From an uncultured Gammaproteobacteria bacterium (GTDB taxonomy: Bacteria > Patescibacteriota > Microgenomatia > UBA1406 > HO2-37-13b), in the NCBI GenBank assembly GCA_964636045.1, contig CAZWRH010000003.1:1-41984 (forward strand): a DNA stretch of 41,984 bases. The letters run 5' to 3'. The notes beneath the pieces are model-generated. The model was given only the letters and a program-made list of their open reading frames with translations. It searched no databases and was not told the origin of the DNA. This document shows positions 34,241 through 41,984 of this stretch, piece after piece. Position 1 is the stretch's first letter. Every line of letters begins with the position of its first letter. Position numbers and translations under genes: made by a program.

Positions 34241-35158
34241 ATGAAGGAAAAGCTAAAGTATATAATTATTGCTGCTCGACCAAATCAATGGGTTAAAAAT
34301 CTTATTATTTTTACTTCAATTGTATTTTCTGGAAAATTATTTGATGCAAATTTATTAACTAGTACAATTTATGGTTTTATAATATTCTGTCTTCTTTCAT
34401 CAACCTCATATATATTAAATGACATAATTGATTTTCAATATGACAAAAAACATCCAGTTAAAAAAAATAGACCATTAGCTTCAGGAAAAATTACAATTCC
34501 TGATGCAACTTTTGTTGTTTTCATATTGTCTTTAACTTCTTTAACAATTGCTTTGTTTTTTTCTATTCCATTTTTTATTTTGTCTTTTGGGTTTTTGCTT
34601 TTACATTTTTTTTATTCTTTGTTTTTTAAAAAACAGCCAGTTTTAGATATTTTTACAATATCTTTTTCTTTTATGATTAGGGCTTTTGCAGGCCAGATAA
34701 TAACGGGATATCATATTCAAATATGGTTATTGCTTGCTATATTTTTTATTTCTCTTTTTATAGCAACAGTAAAGCGTCATGCAGAGTTAGTTTCTCATGG
34801 TAAAGAAACAAGATCTTCACTTTATTTTTATAAAGAGCATTTGCTTGATTTTTTAACAAACACATTTGCTACCTTAACTATTGTTTCATATTCACTTTAT
34901 ACTTTTTTAGAAAAACCACCTTTGATCCTTACTCCAATTTCTGAATATTTTTCTGGTATTTTTCCTGATTTTGAAGCAAGAAAATGGTTTATGATAACTA
35001 TTCCAATCGTTGTTTATGGAATTTCAAGGTATGCACAGCTTCTTTATGATAATAAACAAGGAGAAGCGCCTGAAAAAATAATCACACAAGACAAACCTCT
35101 TTTAACTGCTATTTTGCTTTGGGGAGTTGTGGTTATCTCTCTTATATATATCTTTTAA
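34241..35158 (+). CDS. UbiA-family prenyltransferase, decaprenyl-phosphate phosphoribosyltransferase (DPPR synthase)-like
   Basis: 305 aa. ARPNQWVKNLIIFTSIVFSG...SSTSYILNDIIDFQYDKKHPVKKNRPLASGKI matches the DPPR-synthase-type N-terminus and the NDxxDxxxD motif. About 8 TM. Confidence 0.7.
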   Translation: MKEKLKYIIIAARPNQWVKNLIIFTSIVFSGKLFDANLLTSTIYGFIIFCLLSSTSYILNDIIDFQYDKKHPVKKNRPLASGKITIPDATFVVFILSLTSLTIALFFSIPFFILSFGFLLLHFFYSLFFKKQPVLDIFTISFSFMIRAFAGQIITGYHIQIWLLLAIFFISLFIATVKRHAELVSHGKETRSSLYFYKEHLLDFLTNTFATLTIVSYSLYTFLEKPPLILTPISEYFSGIFPDFEARKWFMITIPIVVYGISRYAQLLYDNKQGEAPEKIITQDKPLLTAILLWGVVVISLIYIF

Positions 35159-35321
35159 TCAATATTTGTTCAACTTTTTTTTAGTGTTTTTATTTTTTTT
35201 GAAACTATTCTTTTTTTTAAGCATAAAAAAATAACTTGATATATTTTAATATCATTTAGACCGCTTGACATCGTATAAGTGGTGTATTACATTTTTTATT
35301 GACACTAAATATATTAAAAAT

Positions 35322-35768
35322 ATGAAATGTATATTTTGTTCAGATTCTAATACAGATGTAGTTGAGACAAGAGTTTCTGATGATGGATCAACCATAAGAA
35401 GAAGAAGAGAGTGTGGAAAATGTCAAAAAAGATTTACAACATATGAAAGAGTTGAACAGTTACCAATAATAGTTATAAAAAATGATGGAAGAAGGGAAAG
35501 ATTTGATAGAGATAAATTAAAAAAAGGAATATTTATATCAACTGGAAAAACAAGCATTACACTTGATCAAGTTGAAAAAATAGTTTCAGAAGTTGAGACA
35601 GAACTTAAGCAGGAAGATAAGATGGAAATAGAAAGTAAAATGATTGGAAATTTAGTTGCCAAAAAACTAAAAAAAATTGATAAAATTGCCTACATTAGGT
35701 TTGCATCAGTTTTTAAAAAGTTTGTAGATCTTGAAGATTTTGAACAGGAACTTAAAAAATTATTATAA
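35322..35768 (+). CDS. nrdR: transcriptional repressor NrdR
   Basis: The start is taken at MKCIFCSDSNTDVVETRVSDDGSTIRRRRECGKCQKRFTTYERVE, a canonical zinc ribbon, followed by an ATP-cone. The track ORF begins upstream at a TTG at 35265. Confidence 0.9.
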   Translation: MKCIFCSDSNTDVVETRVSDDGSTIRRRRECGKCQKRFTTYERVEQLPIIVIKNDGRRERFDRDKLKKGIFISTGKTSITLDQVEKIVSEVETELKQEDKMEIESKMIGNLVAKKLKKIDKIAYIRFASVFKKFVDLEDFEQELKKLL

Positions 35769-35780
35769 AATTAAAATCCT

Positions 35781-38159
35781 ATGAAATTAACAGGAATCAG
35801 AGAAAAGGTTTTTTTGGATAGATACTCATTAAAAGATAAAAAAGGAAATCCAATTGAGAAGAATCCTGAAAAAATGTGGAGAAGAGTAGCAAAAGGAATA
35901 GCTATGGTTGAGAAAAGAGATCTTCAACGAAAATATGAAAAAGAATTCTATGAACTTCAAAAAGATTTTAAATTTATAGCGGGTGGAAGAATTTTATCTG
36001 GCGCTGGAACAGGATACGAAGTTACTTATTACAATTGTTTTGTTATTCCATCCCCTAAAGATTCAAGAGGTGGTATTTTAGATACTTTAAAACACATGGT
36101 TGAAATTATGGCTCGTGGTGGTGGTGTTGGATTTAATATCTCAACTTTAAGACCACGTGGTGCAAGAGTTAAAAAAGTAAATGGATCATCTTCGGGTCCA
36201 ATTAATTGGGCAGAACTTTTTTCAGTTGCAACAAAAGATATTATTCAACAAGGCGGTACAAGAAGAGGAGCTTTAATGTTAATGCTTCATGATTGGCATC
36301 CAGATATTGAAGAATTTATTACAGTAAAACAAGATCATAGCAAAATAAATGGTGCAAATTTATCTGTTGCAATATCTGATGCTTTTATGAACGCTGTTGA
36401 GAAAGATTTGGATTGGGAATTGGTTTTTCCAGATGTTACAGATGAGGATTATGACAAACTTTGGACAGGAGATATTAATGAATGGAAAAGTCATGGCAAA
36501 AAAGTAGTTGTTTACAAAACTGTAAAAGCCAGAAAGATTTGGGATTTAATTGCTGAAGCAGCATGGAAAAGCGCTGAGCCAGGGGTTGTGTTTTTAGAAA
36601 GATACAATAAATATTCTAATAATTGGTATTTTGAAAGATTAAATTGTGTTAATCCATGTGGAGAACAAGGTCTTCCTGATTGGGGTGTTTGTAATTTAGG
36701 ATCTCTTAATTTAGCCGCTTTTGTTAAGTCTGGAAATATGGATTTTAAAAAGCTCTATGATGCATCAAAAATTGCTATTAGATTTTTGGATAATGTAATT
36801 GATGCAAGTTATTATTTTTACGATTCAATTAAAGAAACTCAACTTGATAGACGAAGAACTGGACTTGGAACAATGGGACTCGCTGATGCTTTAATAAAAA
36901 TGAAAATTAGATATGGAAGTCCAAATTCTTTAAAAGTAATTGAAAAAATTTATAAAACAATTAGAGATGCAGCTTATGAGGCTTCAATAGACCTTGCAAA
37001 AGAAAAAGGAACTTTTGAAAAACTCGATAAAGAAAAGTTTTTAAAAAGTGAATTTGTTAAAGATTTACCTGAAAAAATTAAAGAAAGAATTAGTAAACAT
37101 GGAATTAGAAACTCTGTTTTATTGACTCAAGCACCAACAGGATCAACTTCTTTATTAACAGGAGTGTCTTCAGGTATTGAACCAGTATTTGAATTTGTTT
37201 TTATAAGACATGATAGACTTGGAGAACATAAAATTTATCATCCTCTTTATGAAGAATGGATTAAAAAAACTAAAAATTTAAAAAATAGTAACTTAATTAA
37301 GAAGCCTGATTATTTTGTGTCTGCGTCAGAACTTACACCTGAAGAACATGTTAGAGTTCAAGGAATGATTCAAAAATATACTGACTCTTCTATTTCAAAA
37401 ACAGTTAATGCTCCAAACGATCATAAAGTTGATGATGTAAAAAATATCTATACTTTAGCTTATAAACTTGGATGTAAAGGTTTAACTTATTTTAGAGACG
37501 GCTCAAGAAGTGGAGTTTTAGAAAAGGAAACTACTGTAAAAAAAGATGCTATAGCAACAACAAAGCAAGAAGTAAAGCCAACATTTGCTATTAAACCACG
37601 ACCAATGGTAGTTCATGGTTCAACATATAGAATTAATACTCCAGTTGGAGCAGCATTTATCACAATTAATACTAATGGGGGCATGGAGCCTTTAGAAGTA
37701 TTTATTAATGTTGGTAAAGCAGGAAGTGATGTTTACGCTATGGCAGAGGGACTTGGAAGAATGATTTCTTTAGCTCTTAGGTTCTCATCTCATCTTTCTC
37801 CAACAGAAAGAATAAAAGAAGTAGCCAATCAATTATCTGATATTGGAGGAGCAAGGGTTATGGGTTTTGGAAAAGACAGAATTAGAAGTCTTCCTGATGC
37901 AATTGCTAAAGTTTTATCTACTCACTATAGTATAAATGGTCAAATGGCACCAAAGATGCTTGAGGCAGAAAAAGAAATAAAAACAGAGATTAATCAAGTA
38001 TCAACAACAACTCAAGAAACTTTGCCAATACAACAAAACATTGAAAGTCCAAAAAAAACAGGAAAAAATTTTGATATTTGTCCAAAATGTGGTGAAGCAA
38101 CTTTAGTTTATGAAGAAGGTTGTAAAAAATGCTATAACTGTGGAAATTCTGAGTGTTAA
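35781..38159 (+). CDS. nrdJ: adenosylcobalamin-dependent (class II) ribonucleotide reductase
   Basis: 792 aa. NPCGEQGLPDWGVCNLGSLNL active-site region, SKTVNAP, and a C-terminal 4-Cys ribbon CPKCGEATLVYEEGCKKCYNCG. Confidence 0.9.
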   Translation: MKLTGIREKVFLDRYSLKDKKGNPIEKNPEKMWRRVAKGIAMVEKRDLQRKYEKEFYELQKDFKFIAGGRILSGAGTGYEVTYYNCFVIPSPKDSRGGILDTLKHMVEIMARGGGVGFNISTLRPRGARVKKVNGSSSGPINWAELFSVATKDIIQQGGTRRGALMLMLHDWHPDIEEFITVKQDHSKINGANLSVAISDAFMNAVEKDLDWELVFPDVTDEDYDKLWTGDINEWKSHGKKVVVYKTVKARKIWDLIAEAAWKSAEPGVVFLERYNKYSNNWYFERLNCVNPCGEQGLPDWGVCNLGSLNLAAFVKSGNMDFKKLYDASKIAIRFLDNVIDASYYFYDSIKETQLDRRRTGLGTMGLADALIKMKIRYGSPNSLKVIEKIYKTIRDAAYEASIDLAKEKGTFEKLDKEKFLKSEFVKDLPEKIKERISKHGIRNSVLLTQAPTGSTSLLTGVSSGIEPVFEFVFIRHDRLGEHKIYHPLYEEWIKKTKNLKNSNLIKKPDYFVSASELTPEEHVRVQGMIQKYTDSSISKTVNAPNDHKVDDVKNIYTLAYKLGCKGLTYFRDGSRSGVLEKETTVKKDAIATTKQEVKPTFAIKPRPMVVHGSTYRINTPVGAAFITINTNGGMEPLEVFINVGKAGSDVYAMAEGLGRMISLALRFSSHLSPTERIKEVANQLSDIGGARVMGFGKDRIRSLPDAIAKVLSTHYSINGQMAPKMLEAEKEIKTEINQVSTTTQETLPIQQNIESPKKTGKNFDICPKCGEATLVYEEGCKKCYNCGNSEC

Positions 38160-38167
38160 TTAGCTTT

Positions 38168-38641
38168 ATGAAAATATATACAAAGACTGGTGATACAGGA
38201 TCAACTTCTTTGATTGGTAGACGAGTTTTAAAAACTAATTCTATTATTGAACTGAATGGAAATATTGATGAGTTAAGCGCTTTCATTAGTCTTACTATTT
38301 TAAACATTAAAAACAAAAGCAATATTGATTTATTAAAAGATATTCAAACTGACTTTATACAAATAATGAGTTATATTGCTGGCAAAAAAGACAGTAGTAT
38401 TGATTTTGATAAAAAGATAAATAAATTTGAACAAATGATTGATTTATTATCTTCTAAAAAAGATAAACCAAATCGTTTTATTCTAGTTAAAAATAACAAT
38501 TTAAGTGTTTATTTTAATTTATTAAGAACTATTACAAGAAGAGTGGAAAGAAGAGTAATTTTAAGTTTTAAAAAAGATAAAAAATTAATTAGCTATTTTA
38601 ATAGGTTGTCCGATTTGTTTTTTACTATGTCTTATGTTTAA
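38168..38641 (+). CDS. pduO: ATP:cob(I)alamin adenosyltransferase, PduO-type
   Basis: The start is at MKIYTKTGDTGSTSL, the family N-terminal signature. Later, RFILVKNN...RTITRRVERR corresponds to the FILPGG...ARTVCRRAER region but is divergent. Confidence 0.75.
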   Translation: MKIYTKTGDTGSTSLIGRRVLKTNSIIELNGNIDELSAFISLTILNIKNKSNIDLLKDIQTDFIQIMSYIAGKKDSSIDFDKKINKFEQMIDLLSSKKDKPNRFILVKNNNLSVYFNLLRTITRRVERRVILSFKKDKKLISYFNRLSDLFFTMSYV

Positions 38642-39173
38642 ACAAAATATTAAAAATAGAGCAGCTTTTATTTCTACTTTAGTATTAATATTGACAGGTA
38701 TTTTTTCAAGATTTATTCCTCATCCGCCTAACTTTACTCCAATAAATTCAATTACCTTATTTTCTTCAAGTAAATTTTCTAAGAAAATAACAATCTTTAT
38801 TCCTTTAGTAATAATGTTTATTTCTGATCTTGTCTTAGGACTCCATTTAACAATGATTTTTGTTTATTTAAGCTTAATAATTATTTATTTAATTGGTTTT
38901 TATTTTAAAAAAATAATTAATCAATATAATTTGTTTTTATTTAGCTTTGTTTCCTCAATAATCTTCTTTTTAATAACCAATTTTGGAGTTTGGATGTTAT
39001 TTAATATGTATCCTCATAATTTGTCAGGACTTGTAAGTTGCTATTATATGGCAATTCCATTTTTTAAAAATACTTTAATTGGAGACTTGATTTATAATTA
39101 CTTGTTTTATTATAGTTTTAGATTTTTAAATAATTATTTTTTGAAGAAAATCAATAATTGGGGAATGCTGTGA
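38634..39173 (+). CDS. small polytopic membrane protein (about 5-6 TM; DUF6580-like by recollection), candidate B12-related transporter component
   Basis: 179 aa. RFIPHPPNFTPINSITLF N-terminal motif. The size and topology resemble ECF S-components or solitary vitamin transporters. The gene overlaps the pduO end by 8 nt. Confidence 0.5.
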   Translation: MFKQNIKNRAAFISTLVLILTGIFSRFIPHPPNFTPINSITLFSSSKFSKKITIFIPLVIMFISDLVLGLHLTMIFVYLSLIIIYLIGFYFKKIINQYNLFLFSFVSSIIFFLITNFGVWMLFNMYPHNLSGLVSCYYMAIPFFKNTLIGDLIYNYLFYYSFRFLNNYFLKKINNWGML

Positions 39174-39245
39174 GATTCAGCAACTGTGCCGCAACGGTAG
39201 AAAAGTCCGGATGCCAATTATTTAATAATGTCCTCGAGCTAAGGA
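39153..39245 (+). promoter_or_regulatory. cobalamin riboswitch, compact class-II / AdoCbl-variant-like aptamer plus RBS hairpin
   Basis: P1 is a 9-bp helix, AAUAAUUGG (39153-39161) paired with CCAAUUAUU (39214-39222). The conserved GGGAA is at 39161-39165. A hairpin UGCUG-UGAGAUU-CAGCA spans 39066+100, that is 39166-39182. GCCGCAACGGUA corresponds to the conserved CCCGCNACUGUA, and a B12-box-like AAGUCCGGAUGCC is at 39203-39215. Downstream, the hairpin UCCU-CGAGCUA-AGGA (39231-39245) contains the SD AAGGA, 7 nt before the ATG at 39252. Confidence 0.85.
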
Positions 39246-39251
39246 AAATAT

Positions 39252-40406
39252 ATGAAAGAACAATTACCTTCTCTAAAATCAGAAAATCAAAAAAATTCTA
39301 TTTTTGATTTCTATTCAATAGAAAATGAGATAAGTTTCATAGAAAAAAACGGGTCCTTATCTTTTGAGGATAAAAATTATTATTTAAAAGAAAGTGTTTT
39401 AAGATTTTTAGGTGAATTTGCTGGCAAAATTCCTTATACGAAAATTTCGTATTTTCAAGAGAATGATCAGAAATTATATTCAAAAGGGTTAAAAAAATCA
39501 GCTTCTGAGATATATAAAGAAAACGCAGAAAAACAAGGCAAAAATTCAAGAGAAGAAGCAGACTATATTGGATTCAGTAAAATTGAAAAAGCTTTTATAA
39601 ATGGGTCAAATTTTGCATACTGGATATCTCCTCCATCAAATGAAGAAGGTTTTGGAGATTATGGATTTGCTTTTATCTTAATAAAAAATAATAAAAAAAT
39701 TGATGAATATATCGTTAGATATGATGAAAAAAGAGGGAGTCTTGATGAGAGCAACAAATTAATTGAAGGAAAAACAATGCAATCAGCGCTTGATTTTTTA
39801 AAAAACCCTTTTTTTTCTTTTGAAGAAGATGCTAATCAAAGTTTTCAATGGTTATTAAATAAAAAATTAAATTTTAGTAGTGAACTGATTTATAAATCTA
39901 AAGTTTTTGAGGAAGTGATTAATCAAGAGCTCTCTTCATGGATTGATTTATACTCAAAAGCAATTAACAAAAAAGACATATTCAGTGCAAAAAAGATATT
40001 AACTGCTATTTATAATAGGGCTGTTGAAATAAACAACAATATTGAAAATTATATTTTTACAAAACAGGAAATAAATATTAATCAAAAAAATAAATTAACC
40101 TATTTAAACGAACATTTATTATTGAATGAATATTCAAAAAAACATGCATATGTTTTTGGAGGAGGAAGTTGTCCAACATCATCAAATGAATCGTTAAATA
40201 TGTTTGCAAGTGGAATAAATTATCAAACCGCCAGTTTAATAACAGGAAAAATTGAAGAAAGTAATAAAAAATGGGAATACCACACCGGTAATTGTGTTTG
40301 TTGTGGTGCTAAAAATACTGAAGTTGGACCATGTAAAGTATGTAAAAAATGTGAGAAAAAATTTAATAAAGATGAATTAAATACTTATTTTAAAAAAGCT
40401 GCTTAG
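39252..40406 (+). CDS. hypothetical protein (384 aa) with C-terminal 4-Cys zinc-ribbon; first gene behind the cobalamin riboswitch
   Basis: No signal peptide or TM is visible. The C-terminus is HTGNCVCCGAKNTEVGPCKVCKKCEKKF. No family recognised. Confidence 0.55.
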   Translation: MKEQLPSLKSENQKNSIFDFYSIENEISFIEKNGSLSFEDKNYYLKESVLRFLGEFAGKIPYTKISYFQENDQKLYSKGLKKSASEIYKENAEKQGKNSREEADYIGFSKIEKAFINGSNFAYWISPPSNEEGFGDYGFAFILIKNNKKIDEYIVRYDEKRGSLDESNKLIEGKTMQSALDFLKNPFFSFEEDANQSFQWLLNKKLNFSSELIYKSKVFEEVINQELSSWIDLYSKAINKKDIFSAKKILTAIYNRAVEINNNIENYIFTKQEININQKNKLTYLNEHLLLNEYSKKHAYVFGGGSCPTSSNESLNMFASGINYQTASLITGKIEESNKKWEYHTGNCVCCGAKNTEVGPCKVCKKCEKKFNKDELNTYFKKAA

Positions 40407-40427
40407 TTTTTCTGATATCATAAATTT

Positions 40428-40841
40428 ATGGATAAAAATTTTAGCGATATAAGTGGTCTATTAAATTCTTCGATTGAAAAAGAAAAAAAACCAACCATTT
40501 CATTTCAAAAACCTGAGGAAAAAATTAATATTTTAAGTGATAAAGAGTTGAAAAATGAAGATAAGTTTTTTAAAAAAATTGATGAAGTTATAACTATTCA
40601 TCCAGCAAAACCAGATTTAAAACATTTAAATAATCATGGAGTAGAGAATCATCCAAATGATATGCCAGGAATTGTTTTTAATGTTTCTGATGAAGAAATA
40701 TTTAATAATTTAAAAGGCCCAACAGATTCTTCACAAACTTGGCTTGTTAATTTTTATAAATATTTAGCAGAAAAAACAAAAATAACATTTAAAAAAATAA
40801 AAGGAAAAATCCAAAGAGTTCCTATTAATTCCCTTGAATAA
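40428..40841 (+). CDS. hypothetical protein (137 aa), probably co-transcribed with 39252..40406
   Basis: The ORF starts 21 nt after the upstream stop. No motif recognised. Its 3' end overlaps the convergent trxA by 17 nt. Confidence 0.4.
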   Translation: MDKNFSDISGLLNSSIEKEKKPTISFQKPEEKINILSDKELKNEDKFFKKIDEVITIHPAKPDLKHLNNHGVENHPNDMPGIVFNVSDEEIFNNLKGPTDSSQTWLVNFYKYLAEKTKITFKKIKGKIQRVPINSLE

Positions 40842-41142
40842 TATTTACAATTGATTCTTCTGAAACAACACCAGTTAATTGATTTATTACTTGGCCGTTT
40901 TTGAAGAAAATAATTGTTGGGATTGAAAAAATATTGTAACTACCAGCAAGATCTTGATTTTGATCAACATCAACCTTAACAAATTTAGCACTAAGATTTT
41001 TGTCTTCTGAGAGTTTATCAATTATTGGACCAAGTATTTTACATGGGCCACACCAAGTAGCATAAAAATCAACAACTACAATTCCTGTGTTTTTAATTAC
41101 TTCTGTCTCAAAATTATTTGCATCAATGTGTTGTGCTGCCAT
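40825..41142 (-). CDS. trxA: thioredoxin
   Basis: 105 aa with the WCGPC active site in a canonical context (VVVDFYATWCGPCKILGPI). Confidence 0.95.
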   Translation of the reverse strand: MAAQHIDANNFETEVIKNTGIVVVDFYATWCGPCKILGPIIDKLSEDKNLSAKFVKVDVDQNQDLAGSYNIFSIPTIIFFKNGQVINQLTGVVSEESIVNIIQGN

Positions 41143-41223
41143 ATTTTTATATTTAAATTGATAAAGCCTATTTATACTAATAAAAAAATTTTAAAAATGC
41201 AATTATTGTTTTATAATTGAAAA

Positions 41224-41984
41224 ATGCAAAAAGCTGAAAGATTTAAAAACATTGATTTGTTAAGAGGAATATCTATTGTGGTTATGATCTTAACTCATAC
41301 TAATGCTTATTTTTGGGATAAATGGTCGTCTTTTGTTTGGAATTATTTACATTTTGCAGTTGCAACTTTTGTTTTTTGTTCAGGTTTTGTGCTTATTAGT
41401 AAATATAAATTTGAAAAATTAGACTACAAAAATTACTTGTCATTTATAAAAAAGAGATTTTTAAGACTACTCTTACCTTATTATATTTTTGTATTTTTTT
41501 ATTATTTGATGGTTTATATTCAAGTTAAAAAAATAGATTTTATTGATTTACAACAAGCAATTCTTGTTATAAGAGAACCAGATATTAGCTGGTTAGTTAA
41601 TTTATTTTTACAATTAACTATTTTTTTCCCAATATTTTCATTTTTATTTACAAAAGAAAGAAAAATATTTAATTGGATTTTTGGGGCAATAATTTTTGCT
41701 TCATTTTTAAAAATTTTTATTAATCCAAAAGTAGACTATAAATTAATTATGGTTTTTTTGTGGTTTGTCCCTTTTTTATTATCTTTTTATATTCAAGAAA
41801 ATTATAAAAATTTACAATTTAAAATTAGATTATTTTTAGTATTTATAACTATTCATATTTTGCTTTGGTTTTTATTAAATACAAATAATATGAATTTGGT
41901 CTATCAGAATAACAAATATCCACCAAATTTATATTATTTAACCTATGGAATTAGTTTTTTTATTTTTGCTGATATTATTTTTAC
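41224..41984 (+). CDS. acyltransferase-3 / DUF1624-like membrane protein, N-terminal part (continues beyond window end)
   Basis: Not in the ORF track. Manual translation from the ATG at 41224 gives MQKAERFKNIDLLRGISIVVMILTHTNAYFWDKWSSFVWNYLHFAVATFVFCSGFVLISK... The R..iDlLRG...vv..H start and polytopic character fit the OafA/HGSNAT-like family. Confidence 0.55.
   Translation, partial: MQKAERFKNIDLLRGISIVVMILTHTNAYFWDKWSSFVWNYLHFAVATFVFCSGFVLISKYKFEKLDYKNYLSFIKKRFLRLLLPYYIFVFFYYLMVYIQVKKIDFIDLQQAILVIREPDISWLVNLFLQLTIFFPIFSFLFTKERKIFNWIFGAIIFASFLKIFINPKVDYKLIMVFLWFVPFLLSFYIQENYKNLQFKIRLFLVFITIHILLWFLLNTNNMNLVYQNNKYPPNLYYLTYGISFFIFADIIF

Noticed and set aside
35230-35321. Possible NrdR boxes upstream of nrdR-nrdJ (ACATCGTATAAGTGGTGT around 35268-35285, ACACTAAATATATT around 35302-35315) and the inverted repeat TGATAT-N6-ATATCA at 35237-35254.
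   Set aside because: Only half-sites resemble the acaCwAtATaTwGtgt consensus and the palindromic symmetry is poor by eye. A position-weight-matrix scan would be needed, so I do not call them.
1-41984. Alternative genetic code (UGA recoding), as used by some CPR lineages.
   Set aside because: TGA terminates well-defined genes at the expected length: comF at 155-157 and the membrane protein at 39171-39173. Conserved proteins (RecA, DnaA, NrdJ, RNase Y) are uninterrupted under the standard code.
1-41984. CRISPR arrays, rRNA genes, IS elements, prophage or integrase signatures.
   Set aside because: Reading both strands, I found no regularly spaced direct repeats, no rRNA-like GC-rich blocks, and no transposase, integrase or recombinase motifs. 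The only sizeable repeats are the NTase paralogs and the short motifs reported above.

Overview
This is a strongly AT-rich, very tightly packed bacterial chromosome segment. It uses the standard genetic code: TGA acts as a stop and conserved proteins are full length. The gene content suggests a reduced-genome Patescibacteria/CPR-type organism; this is inference, with no search run. The supporting features are murT-gatD, a PrgI/VirB4-like module, a DUF5667-like protein, many small membrane proteins, overlapping gene ends and few Shine-Dalgarno sites.

Recognisable content, in window order:
- Left end: miaA (partial), comF, a GldA/F/G-like ABC-2 exporter, trmD and yidD.
- SOS module: a Cheo-type LexA box, lexA, an unknown 86-aa ORF and a Y-family polymerase.
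- smpB plus tmRNA, an EndoQ-like PHP nuclease, an O-antigen-ligase-like protein, murT-gatD and hup.
- rny, recX and recA, preceded by three coupled membrane ORFs.
- A HIT protein, a PIN-like protein and a VirB3(PrgI)/VirB4-like module that abuts dnaN.
- Origin region: dnaN-dnaA with three perfect TTATCCACA boxes, and tRNA-Ala(GGC).
- NUDIX, an FAD oxidoreductase, a TRAM-less MiaB-like enzyme, yqeY and a DEDD exonuclease.
- Right end: a UbiA/DPPR-synthase-like prenyltransferase, trxA and a partial acyltransferase.

Best candidates for undescribed biology:
1. A compact class-II-like cobalamin riboswitch. Its 5' half lies inside the last codons of a membrane-protein gene at the end of an nrdR-nrdJ-pduO B12 island, and it fronts two ORFs I cannot assign.
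2. An operon of two paralogous Pol-beta/OAS-like nucleotidyltransferases flanking an NPP-type phosphodiesterase.
3. The minimal VirB3/VirB4-like module, in which the VirB3-like protein is fused to a carboxypeptidase-regulatory-like domain.
4. A small ORF divergent from lexA that shares the single SOS operator.

I saw no rRNA, CRISPR array, transposase or integrase.
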